In this document: in pieces, positions 52,277 through 64,000 of the stretch
Position numbering within the stretch: position 1 is the stretch's first letter
Layout: each line of letters begins with the position of its first letter
Source: Octopus vulgaris
Taxonomy: Eukaryota
Assembly: GCA_951406725.2 (NCBI GenBank)
Contig: OX597819.1
Coordinates: forward strand, 89,466,001 to 89,530,000
Length of the DNA stretch: 64,000 bases
Direction of reading: 5' to 3'
Position numbers and translations under genes: made by a program
Notes under the pieces: model-generated
The model's database searches: none
What the model saw: only the letters and a program-made list of their open reading frames with translations
What the model was told of the DNA's origin: nothing

Positions 52277-52382
52277 ATCACGACAATTATTTCGACATAT
52301 CTAGCATCTATTCCTCATGGGTGGGACACTCAACAACTGGTTCAGAAGCATCCGGCGGTGCAGACGTATCTCGTCGGGTGAT
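52277..52382 (-). ncRNA. Type I hammerhead with long stem II, CCGA core variant
   Basis: ATCAC-CCGACGA-GATACGTCT...AGATATGTC-GAAA-TAATTG-TC-GTGAT. Confidence 0.8.
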
Positions 52383-52612
52383 AAATACAACTCGTTAAAA
52401 TGACTGTTCCGCAATGTAACTTCCCGTTTTGTAGGAAGAAAAGCAGCCAGGCGGAGGAAATATGTGAAAGTTTCTAGTTTGAATCACACATGTCTCGAGA
52501 TGTGCCGAAGTTTTTCTATTTTGGATATATTTGGGGTACTTAGGTCTGCTCAGGACTTAGTACTTGTTTTTTCCATGGGTATGAGTAAGTGTTTCACTTA
52601 TACCCCACATAT

Positions 52613-52673
52613 TTATCGCTGATGAGGGGAAAATTCTTATGAATTAACTCCGAAATTGGGACCAATACGGTAA
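52613..52673 (+). ncRNA. Canonical type I hammerhead ribozyme
   Basis: TTATCG-CTGATGA-GGGG-AA-AATTC-TTAT-GAATT-AA-CTCC-GAAA-TTG-GGAC-CAA-TA-CGGTAA; all three stems pair; AUA site after 52667. Confidence 0.9.
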
Positions 52674-52890
52674 TAACGGATTTTTTAGAAATTTCTATCG
52701 GTTTGTTTCGAGACGCATAAATTATAATGGTTATTGACAATTTTTGTCTTTTTTCGGCATATTTGGCATTAGAATTTTTCTTTTGCCCTTATTTTGTAAA
52801 TTATTTATGAATTTAACCTTTAAAGGTATTTTTTGATATGCTGGCCATTGATAAAATTTTTTTCCCGAAAAAGATTTTATCCTACATTAG

Positions 52891-52935
<45 letters not shown>

Positions 52936-53121
52936 TAGATAAGAAAGTTGGTTTGTGAAAGCACGTGGTTGAATATATAGTAAAATAGTGAAAATAACTA
53001 CAGAAGGCTTGAAGGTTTAAAAAAATATATATTTGCGTCAATATTAAAAATTTTTTTTTCTTATAATGACATAGTTTTGAAGAAAGACCGGTTTCGCGTT
53101 TAGCTTTTCAAATTTCTTACA

Positions 53122-53235
<114 letters not shown>

Positions 53236-53369
53236 TGTGTGTGTGTGTATGTATGTATGTATGTATGTATGTATGTATGTATGTATGTATGTATGTATGT
53301 ATGTGTGTGTGTGTGTTTGATTCGCCCCTCGAGTGTGTGTGTGTGTGCATGTGTAGTGATGGATTCAGG

Positions 53370-53476
<107 letters not shown>

Positions 53477-53539
53477 TGTGTGTGTATGTATGTATGTATG
53501 TATGTATGTATGTGTGTATGTATGTGTGTGTGTGTTTTT

Positions 53540-53900
53540 GTGTCGCTGTTTGTCCCCCCATCACTGCTTGACTACTGGCGCTGGTGTGTTTACGTCCCTT
53601 GACTTAGCGGTTCGGCAAAGAGATCGACAGAATAAGTATTAGGCTTAAAAAATAAGTTCTGGGGTTAATTTGTTCGACTAGAACCTTTGAACGTGGTGCT
53701 CCAGCATGTCTGCAATCAAATGATTGAAACTAGTAAAAGAATAAAAGAATAAAAAAATGTATGTATCATTTTTATAATTTTCTACTTGTTTCAGTCATTT
53801 GACTGCGGTCATGTTGATGCACGGTTTTGAAGGGTTTTCCTTAGTCGAACAAATCGTTCACAGGACTTATTTTTTAATGCCTAGTACTTATTCTATCGAT
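53540..53900. mobile_element. Two SINE S1 3' parts, tail to tail
   Basis: Family similarity; CpGs retained. Confidence 0.75.
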
Positions 53901-55121
53901 CACCATTCCCTGCCAAAGTATCGTGGAGCTTTAGGTGTTTTCGCTCAATAAACACTCACAACGCCCTGTCTGAGAATCGAAACCACGATCCTACGACAGC
54001 GAGTTCGCTGCCCTAACCACTGGGCCATTGCAACTCTACGTGTGTGTGTGTGTATGTGTGTGTGTGTATGTGTGTGTGTGTGTAAATATTCATATATGTA
54101 TATGAACATATGTGTGTCATTGTGTGTATATACAAGTAAATATGAATATATATGTATGTTTGTATATAAATATACATACACACACACGGTACCTTTCGGC
54201 GTATAAGACAACTTTTTACCAAAAATAACGAACTAAAATCTTCCGCTATGTCTAATGCGCCCGTATTACGGATGGGAGGGCTGTAGGTGCAAAGTTTTTA
54301 GTGAGGGAGTCGGACAAGCAATAATCCGATGAGCACAAAAATTGTGTTACTAAAAATATTACAAAAGACAAGATCCTTAAAAAAAAAAATAAAATAAGGA
54401 ACAAGCCAAATTATCTCTATCTTTAAGCATAAACTGACGTGGGGAAAATGTCGAAGGCTTAAAGAATGCTTTACGGTACATTGGAAGTTAATAGCAGAAA
54501 AAAAGGCCTCATCATGTCACTGAAGCATTTCCTCCAGCATATGTAAACGATACCAGAAAATATGTCTTACATTATTTAGCGATAGAATTATCTTTAAGAA
54601 ACATTTGAAAAATTCGCGTGGAAATAAATTAAAGGAATGTTGATAAGCGCGGGCCTGGCTGTGTGGTTAAGAAGCTTGTTTTGCACTCGTGTGGATTCGG
54701 GTTCGGTACCCACTGTGAAACAGTTTGGGCACATGTCTTCTGTTATAGTACCGAATCGAGCAACTGTCGTGCGGGTGAATTTGGTAGACGGGAACTGTGT
54801 AGAAGGCTGTCATGTATGTATGTATGTATGTATGTATGTATGTATGTATGTATGTATGTATGTATGTATGTATGTATGTATGTATGTATGTATGTATGTA
54901 TGTATGTATGTATGTATGTATGTATGTATGTATGTATGTGTGTGTATGTGTATGTGTGTGTGTGTATGTGTGTGTGTGTGTGTTTATTCAGTTTATTTCA
55001 AGATTCCTTGCCAATAGAGAAAGAAGCAGTTTCTAATCTAGATCCAAGGCTCTTTCCTTCGAATTTCAACATCAACAACAGGGTATTTTTATTTGTTTGT
55101 TTATGTATGTATGTATGTAGA

Positions 55122-55830
<709 letters not shown>

Positions 55831-55833
<3 letters not shown>

Positions 55834-56108
55834 TGTGGCCGTGTGGTAAGAAGCTTGCTTCCCAACCACATGCTCCCGGGATCAGTCCCACTGGGAAGTG
55901 TTTTCTACTATAGCCGGTGTCTGGTTCCCCATCACCGCTTCACCACCAGTGTTGGTCTGTTTACCTCCCTGTAAGTTAGCAGTCCGGCAAAAAGACCGAG
56001 AGAATAAGTACCAAGCTTAAAAAATATGTCCTGGGGTAGATCTGTTCAACTAAAATCCTTCAAGGCGGTGCTCCAGCATGGCCGGAGTCGACCGACTGAA
56101 ACAAGTAT
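55831..56108 (+). mobile_element. SINE S1 with internal deletions
   Basis: Family similarity. Confidence 0.8.
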
Positions 56109-56213
56109 AATTATATATATATATATACACACATTCACACACGCGCGTGCGCATCAATGCATCTATCTATATATATATATATATCTATATCTATCTACCT
56201 CTCTCTCTCTTTC

Positions 56214-56271
<58 letters not shown>

Positions 56272-56277
<6 letters not shown>

Positions 56278-56995
56278 ATAAAACGGTAAGATAACAAAAG
56301 AAAGAAAGAGACCTCAATATTATGTAAATATTTATCTATACAATATGTTACATTACTCGGTAGTCAAGATAAAACTCTGATTTCAGATGCCGATAAATAC
56401 AACACCATCTCTTCGGTTATCTGGCTATTTGAAAACGTTATGAAAAAATACCGTTAAAAATGAAGGGAAATTACTCTGTTATAACTCTGCTTTGCCTGCG
56501 TACTTATACATCGCTCGCATTTTTCGTCATAAAAATTATATAAAAATACATAAAAATATATAAAAATATATAAAAATATATAAAATCTTCTTGGGACATA
56601 ACACAGAAAGCATATTCTATCCGTTTTCTTTAGGGGACCAAAAACGTAACAGAAATTTAGTCACATGTGGGCATGATCCGAAAAGCTCTGTCCTTGTATT
56701 TAGACATGTGGTAGGGTCTAAGCTGCTTTTCCAGATAAGCCATCTCTCCATGTCGCATAAACCGCACCTTCCGCTGCCGTTAGTATAGGGCTTACATCTG
56801 GCCAAAATCTTCCATTGTATGTTATAATCGACACCTTTATCTCTTAAAGACCAAATATGATTGGATAATTGTGTCGCTTTTCTTTTGTTCCAGTGCCTAA
56901 AGCTCAAAGTGTGGTTATTGAACCTGGCCTTGAAATTACCCTCTGTCAGGCCCACGTATTTCTTCGTCGAAACGGTGTCTTTAGTGGTGAAACGG
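56272..56995 (-). mobile_element. 5'-truncated Penelope-like element: GIY-YIG C-terminal half (56617-~56995) plus 3' terminus ending at (TA)n
   Basis: KYVGLTEGNFKARFNNH...LSNHIW...CGLCDME...LNTRTELFGSCPH. Confidence 0.88.
56367..56422 (-). ncRNA. Degenerate type I hammerhead in the PLE 3' terminus
   Basis: AGATAA-CCGAAGA-GATG...CATC-T-GAAA-TCAGAG-TT-TTATCT; indels around GAAA. Confidence 0.6.
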
Positions 56996-57029
56996 TGTCT
57001 ATGTGTGTGTATGTATATACACATACACA

Positions 57030-57214
57030 CGCTGGAGCGCTGAAAAGTTCCTGGCTTTAAGGGTATCACGAAGCACCTGGGCTTAGAAAAACTGAAGGAC
57101 CGCTGCAATAAGTGCGTGAATCTGAGAGGGGAATATGTTGGATATGATCATAATTAACTGACCTCCCTGTATTTTCTTTTACCCAAAGCCAGGAACTTTT
57201 TAGCACCCTGTCGT
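57030..57214. mobile_element. Mariner-type MITE, same family as 51258
   Basis: Same TIRs and body. Confidence 0.75.
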
Positions 57215-57488
57215 ATATATAACGAGATTTTCATTATATAACAGTGTACTATTAAAACAAAGTATGTGCATAATTAGCAACTAATATTTTTACCGGCAGC
57301 GTAGTGACGGAAAAAGGCCTACTTGTATAATACTTTGCAATGACATTTTCGTTCCGAAGACTGACAGTTCAGCCAAATTTTACATTAATATCATGTTTAA
57401 TATATCAGGATATTCTGTGTATACACCGGAAAATCTGAATAGTAGCAGCGAGTATCCTCAACACTACAATACGCCACATACATATATA

Positions 57489-57549
<61 letters not shown>

Positions 57550-57574
57550 TTTATTTAAAGCAGTTCAACGAAAC

Positions 57575-57610
57575 CTGTTACTCTGAGTTTCGTTGCTGTT
57601 CATCGGACAG
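57575..57610 (-). ncRNA. Hammerhead motif with collapsed stem II, CCGA core variant
   Basis: CTGT-CCGATGA-ACAGCAAC-GAAA-CTC-A-GAG-TA-ACAG. Confidence 0.6.
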
Positions 57611-57740
57611 TTTTTGCTAGAATAGAACCGATATGTCAATTCTATCCAGACTGGTATAAACGCTACACCTTTAAATATGGACTAGTTTGATTGTTCCTTT
57701 ACAAATAACGGTCAATTTTCGAGCGCTAAACAAAAATGAG

Positions 57741-57822
<82 letters not shown>

Positions 57823-58874
57823 AAAATTATAAAATTCGAGGAAAAAACCTTACATTGAATAAAATACATATTTTCATTAATAAAGGAAATATAATTAATA
57901 CATGGAAATTGAAATTAAAATGTTAAAATGCATTAAAATATTACACAGCAGTACATATTCATATTAAACTATACATATATACATCAACATACACAGATAG
58001 ATGCGTGCAGACCACATACATATACAGACGTATAAATATAAAGCTAAAATATACACACAAATGCATGTACACATATGCATACGCAATCTAGTTCGCACGC
58101 AAAACCAATGTATCTATAAAGACTATAAGCTAAAATCATGGATGGGGAAGGGGCGTTCTTATTTACGATATAAAGTTGAAGACATGGGTAAGGGAGGGGG
58201 GACGTAAAGTTACAGGACTCTACAAGTAGCGAAAAGTAAGAGGGAGAAAACACGAAAGAAAGGAAGAGAGAGAAAAATAAGTGAAGAGAGAGAGAAAAAA
58301 GAAGAAAAAGGGGGGAGGGGAAAACGAAAGAAGAAAAATTATGTATACAAACTGTGTAAGCACATACTGACACATATATATGGAGACAAGTACGCAAACA
58401 CACAAGTTCAAGTAGATACATACACATACAATCGTGTATGTGCTTAAGTACAAACATACGCTCACTTACACATATACAAAGACGTATGCTTACAAATACA
58501 TATTCGTGGCTATACATATATTTACATCAAAATGCCTAGGTTCTGACAACATTGTTTTTTAAAAAATGGTGAGTGTAATAATAAAAATTACACGAAAGAC
58601 ATGTAAAATATAACACCCTATTTCGGATCATCTATAAATCAAATATCAAAGTAAGCCTATACAATATAATAACATGAAATAAACTAAGTCGAAGGTTTTT
58701 CCTAAGGAATATGTAGAAATATAAACAAAATAAACAAAATATATGCACGAGACTTTGCTATACGGAATGAAATCTGCATAGCGCGAAACAAATCCATTGG
58801 TGCGTTTACAGACTAGTCCAAGAATCAAAAATCAAAATTTCAAAATTCAAAAATACAAAAAGACAAAATATACT

Positions 58875-60218
58875 CTATCCATATGGTATATTTATGTTTG
58901 ACATTTTAAATTTGGTTGCGTGCCTGCATGAGTTCATCAGCTCACTTCTTTGATTCAAAGAATTATTGTCTTTGAATAGAATATAAAGTTTCTCTAACAG
59001 GCAAAGATTGCACTTAAAATTTTTCTTGTGTGCTCCATGTCTGTATGGTACCGCTTTGTCCAGAATGCTCCATGTCACGTTGAAAGGTGGGGTTTCCTTT
59101 TCTTTTAGTTCCCAGACATATTTTGCTAGGCTGGTCCTCTTCCTATTTTCTGGGTATCTAAATGAATTTTTATGCGAATAAAATCGCGTTTTAAATGAAT
59201 TTTCTGAAGCCCCTGTATAGGTCTCGTATTCCGGTGAGCCTTCTATTTGTACCTTGGCTCTATAAACGACCCCTTTTACTAGACATTTCCCTTCCAACGG
59301 ACAGGAGGATTCATTTTTGAAATTGCATTTCTTAAGGGGCTCGGCACCATGCTTAATATCAATCAGATTCCTATTATGCTGGCTAATGTAAGAGGCGAAA
59401 TTTCTGCAACAAGAATAGCTAACCTTAAGGGTTCTTCTATTAAATATTCTATAGAATTTATGGTCCTGCTTAAAATGCCTAGAGACTAATTTCAAAAATT
59501 CCTTACCTATATTAGTCTTTACGGCCAAATTGAAAGCCGGGTTGAACCACAAAACTTTCCTGGTCCTAGTTCTTCGCGCAGCATCATTACCAGCATTAAG
59601 CTGGTTGTACTGGATCTTCTCAGAGAATCCACTATTCCTTAATGCGCTATCGTAATAATAAGGTGCAGCATTATGGAATGCTGCCTCATCCGAAGAAATT
59701 GAAGATATTCTTCTACCTACATTGCTGACTAAGTTCCTAAGGATAACTGGCGGATGGTTCGAATCTTTGCTAATATACGATAGCTTGTCATTGGGCTTAC
59801 GGTATGGTTTAAATCTATCCGACCTTACATTAAAATTTACATCTAAAAAATCTACACTTTTCAGGTTAGTATCTATTGTAACCCGTAAGCCCATCCTTTG
59901 GAAGAAAGCAATATGGTCCTTCCTAAGTCTATCTGATTCATGGCCGTTTAAATTATGGGTGGCTATAAGGCCGTCATCCCTATATAAACCTGCATCTATA
60001 AATGGGAATTCTATTTTTAGATTATGAAGAATAAAGGCTCCTATGAGCATACATAACTCAGCCCCGTCGTATGCCCCCATCGGTACACCGAAAAGAGAAT
60101 CCTCACTCTTCTTAATCCAGGTGGAATCCCCGAAAAAAAGAAGTGATTTCCTCGCATGTATGATAATATCAATTTCCGAGCTATCGATGCCGACATACTG
60201 CTTGGCGAACGGCAACAT
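58875..60218 (-). pseudogene. PLE (Naiad-like) RT + GIY-YIG endonuclease, N-terminally truncated
   Basis: GVPMGAYDGAELC, GLYRDDGL, VDFLDV, SNHPP, GVVY...YTG...FKTRFYSH, CPLEGKC, CNLCLLE, LNQRSE..CRH. Confidence 0.93.
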
Positions 60219-60701
60219 GAAACTCAGAGTAACAGGTTTTGTTGAATTTTCTGCTGCTTTAAATAAAGCATATTACTCTACCACTGGTATTTGAGTACTC
60301 TTTTTTCCACCTTGTTTCACATGTATGTGTTTACTCCGGTGTAACCCGCTCCTTATAAAAGTTTGAGCGACTGTGCACAAGTAGGAAGAATAAACAGCTG
60401 AAAAAGATGGAACTTTAGACGATACAAAGAAACATACATACATACACACTCACACAACCACGCACAGACACACATATTTATATATGTAATTTCGGGGGAC
60501 TAATGGGTATATGTCGATTAGTGTGTTGGGGTGTTGAGTAAAGCACTAGCATGGTTTGGGCTACCTGGTGTCGTCTGCAGTTGGAGTATATTTCCGTTCG
60601 ATCTGCTTCAGGAATTCCGCAGTGTTGAGATGATAATCGATTAAGGAAACAGAAGATGAACTAATACCAAATCCACCTTCTGTTTCCTTTATCGATTATT
60701 T

Positions 60702-60735
<34 letters not shown>

Positions 60736-60804
60736 TGTATGTATGTATGTATGTATATATGTATGTATGCATGTACACACATATATATATATATATATAT
60801 ATAT

Positions 60805-61145
60805 GCATATGGCTCAGTGGTTAGAGCGTCGAGCTTACGGTCTTGAGGTTGTGAGTTCGAATCCCGGACCGGCTGTATGTTGTGTTCTTGATCAAGACAC
60901 TTTATTTCACTTTGCCCTAGTTCACTCAGCTGTAGAAATGAGTTGCAACGTCACAGGTGCCAAGCTGTATCGGCCCTTTCCTTTCCCTTGGATAACACTG
61001 GTAGCGTGGAGAGAGGAGTCCGGTATGCATGGGCGGAGAGTCCGGTATGCATAAACAACCTTGCCCGGACTTGTGCCGGGGGGAGGGGTGAGGTAACTTT
61101 CTAGGTGCAATCACATGGTCTGTCATGAGCGAAGGGGGTCTCAGC
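60805..61145 (+). mobile_element. SINE S4
   Basis: Homolog of the 49613 copy. Confidence 0.85.
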
Positions 61146-61149
61146 TCAG

Positions 61150-61445
61150 TATATGGATTCTCTCGTCGTGAACGACAAATGAAAGTTCAGTAACATAAGG
61201 CAGTAATCATACTTTTGGCGAATGTAACAGGTTGAAGACACAGTTTGTTCGAGTGCTTGTGGATGATTTACTACGCGTTTCCTTGAGTGGACGGCAAGGT
61301 CTGTTTTGCTTCGTGCTACAAAACCACAATGACAGGTACGGTTTCCATTTGGAGGAGCGGCGTTTTGCCAGCAGACCTTCATGCTTGTACGAAATCGGTC
61401 CCGGTGTTGGAGTCGATTTTGCTCAAATTTTTGAACTGAGAAGAA
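61150..61445 (-). mobile_element. 3' fragment of a second RTE/BovB-like LINE family
   Basis: FEQNRLQHRD...TCHCGFVARSKTDLAVHSR zinc-finger-like C-terminus followed by a short UTR. Confidence 0.55.
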
Positions 61446-61480
61446 GCAGATCTGCGTTCTGATGTATATAAAATGTACAT

Positions 61481-61568
<88 letters not shown>

Positions 61569-62239
61569 CTGCCCCCCTACGCACATACACACACACGCAC
61601 ACGTACATACGTATGTATGTAGGTATGCATGTATGCACTACGTACGTATGTATTTCTAACTATAGACATAAAAATAATCTTGTACTCAATACATTAATAG
61701 CACTTCAATTAAACAGATGAAATCTCTGAGGCCTACTTTTTCAACAAGGATTATACTTTGAATATCTGCTTATCTCTTATTATATCTCTTATAAGTACAC
61801 ACGGATAAATATCTGTATGCAAGTGTACACGCGCACACACACCTACACACGCATACACATAGATACAGCTCCATATAAATGCATTAATACGTATGTATGT
61901 ACGCATATTATATACATATATATATATTTGCATACATTCATATGAATATAGTTATAATACACGTACACACATACGGACACCCACTCAAAACTCGCTCACA
62001 CTCATACACACATATGCATGCATACATACATACATACATACATACATACTTACATACATGACAGTTGCAACTCGATTGCAAGCAATGCTATCGCGTGATG
62101 GTTGAATAACATAAATGTGGTTTCACTCCTGCTTGAGACCTATGCAGTATATCCACATTAAATATGATATATAGAATAACATTTTGAAATAATACTGATG
62201 CTGTCGCTTAAAACGAAGCTTTACCCAGCCTACCAGCTA

Positions 62240-62380
62240 TTTGCTACGTCAGTGATTTGTTAATCACTGCTTTTTTTTCCATATCAGTAGAAGCTAAATT
62301 CGTCTAAGCATGTGGCTGCTAGCAGTTATTTGCTACTGATGACGTGAAAATACATGATGCTAGTCGTCAGCCATTTTGAA
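62240..62380. promoter_or_regulatory. Possible promoter-like motif cluster
   Basis: CRE-like ACGTCA and TGACGT plus YY1-like CAGCCATTTT in a non-repetitive, CpG-retaining island; motif-only evidence. Confidence 0.2.
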
Positions 62381-62385
62381 TTTGA

Positions 62386-62445
<60 letters not shown>

Positions 62446-63179
62446 ACACACACATACATATATAAGAAACGTTATATAAATATATTAAGTATATGATTTT
62501 AAGCTGTAGAACGAAGTTCGACAAATTCAATCATATCTTTCATAAATGGAGGAGATTTGATGTTAATATGGGATAAAATATTTATTCAGTTCGCTCGACG
62601 ATCGTTTCGTACAGAAAGACAATAAATTCATTTTAAGAATCAGAGTTGTCAAAGAGTACTCATCAGTAGCACAATAAGAAAAAAATAAGAACTTAATAAA
62701 GAAAAAGGTGTACTTAAGAATTACATAGGTATTGTGTTCTTACTAATTTTAAATGAGTAGTTGTTCTAGGAGTCATGCCTATTTAAAACACAACTAACGG
62801 GTAAGAGTTAGGTGATAATATATATAAGATATAAGTAACTTTCTCTCTATAGATTAGTGTAAATGAGCTAGTTTTAAACTCCATATAAGAAGTAAGAAGC
62901 AAGTGGGGTTTTCGGGTTATTTTTAAACAACTTTTATTTAAGGAAAATGAACATTACAAGAGATGCCAATATGTGCCTTACGAATGCATTTCAACACCTT
63001 ATATATATATTCTGAAGTTCTGTAAATGTGTGTATATATACATACATACATACATACATAATACATACACACACACACACACATATATATATATTTATTT
63101 AATTTAATTTATATTAAAATTTTATGTATTGATTAAGTCTTTCCTTGTTTGATTTTAAAATAGTGGTTTTGTCTCGAAT

Positions 63180-63270
<91 letters not shown>

Positions 63271-63313
63271 TAGATAGACAGATAGATAAATGTATACATA
63301 TATACATACATGA

Positions 63314-63362
<49 letters not shown>

Positions 63363-63781
63363 CACATACATGCATACATACATACATACATACATACATA
63401 CATACATACATACATACAACACACATGCTCGTACACTTAAATACACACACACACACAAACGGACATACATATGTAAATATCAAGGTGAGAAAGTCAGAAA
63501 AATTTTCTAGCCGCAGAATCGGTTCTGGTTGAAGAAGCTAAGCACGGCCGAGGATATATTTGAAGGAAATGTAATCAAACTACACTCTAGGGAATAGTAA
63601 CTCTGTAGCCTTTCTCATACTCAACAATAAGCACACCAACCTGTAATTCTGAACAGAGATATCTTATAATATACGGATTCTGATAGAGCCTTGATATACT
63701 AATCTCACTTTCACCATAAACAAAATTTGCACTTAACGGCATACACCTGCTTGATTTTATGAGCAAGTATGAATGTGTGGG

Positions 63782-63853
<72 letters not shown>

Positions 63854-64000
63854 CGCGCGCGCGTGTTTTTATATGTAAATACATACTTACAAACACACAC
63901 GCGACATGATACTTGTGTAGGGCGGTGTATAGGTAATGACACATGTTTAGAACTTCATGTGTTCCCACATTTTGAACGATGCGGTCGTGAGGACTAATCG

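Larger units (their letters stand above)
52232..52893. mobile_element. Composite element in (TA)n with two divergent hammerheads
   Basis: Family B on the minus strand (52232-~52500) joined to a different HHR-bearing segment on the plus strand. Confidence 0.7.
57549..60340 (-). mobile_element. 5'-truncated Penelope-like element with an inverted terminal segment
   Basis: RT+GIY-YIG ORF; 60212-60268 (+) is homologous to 57549-57596 (-). Whether all of 57620-58870 belongs to the element is inferred. Confidence 0.7.

Noticed and set aside
56996-57108. N-terminal part of the 163-aa ORF
   Set aside because: It derives from a mariner MITE and microsatellite, not from the PLE protein.
58875-60218. 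Selenocysteine recoding as reported for some Naiad PLEs
   Set aside because: No in-frame TGA in the surviving ORF and no SECIS that I can support.

Overview
Eukaryotic, AT-rich, repeat-dominated DNA. The tRNA-headed SINE families, the (GAT)n-tailed RTE LINE and the very dense (TA)/(CA)/(TATG)/(GAT) microsatellites point to an octopus/coleoid cephalopod genome (inference). Nearly all supplied ORFs are microsatellite or SINE artefacts. The recognisable coding sequence is retroelement-derived: (1) a near full-length RTE-clade LINE (APE endonuclease + RT with an internal C4HC3 PHD-like finger, one in-frame stop, ~615-bp tandem units at its 5' end); (2) three Penelope-like element (PLE, Naiad-like) RT/GIY-YIG remnants; (3) small CR1, RLE-type LINE, RTE and Tc1/mariner fragments. 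Also present are three non-autonomous Helitrons, hAT/mariner MITEs and foldback palindromes. The most notable signal is a set of about a dozen hammerhead-ribozyme (HHR) motifs from several sequence families. Most sit in short non-coding elements inserted in or next to (TA)n tracts or in PLE termini, and four carry a non-canonical CCGANGA core. Repeat copies left of ~47 kb look CpG-decayed while those to the right retain CpG, suggesting a methylated gene body with an unidentified host gene; I could only find low-confidence exon candidates. All coordinates were counted by eye and repeat edges are approximate.
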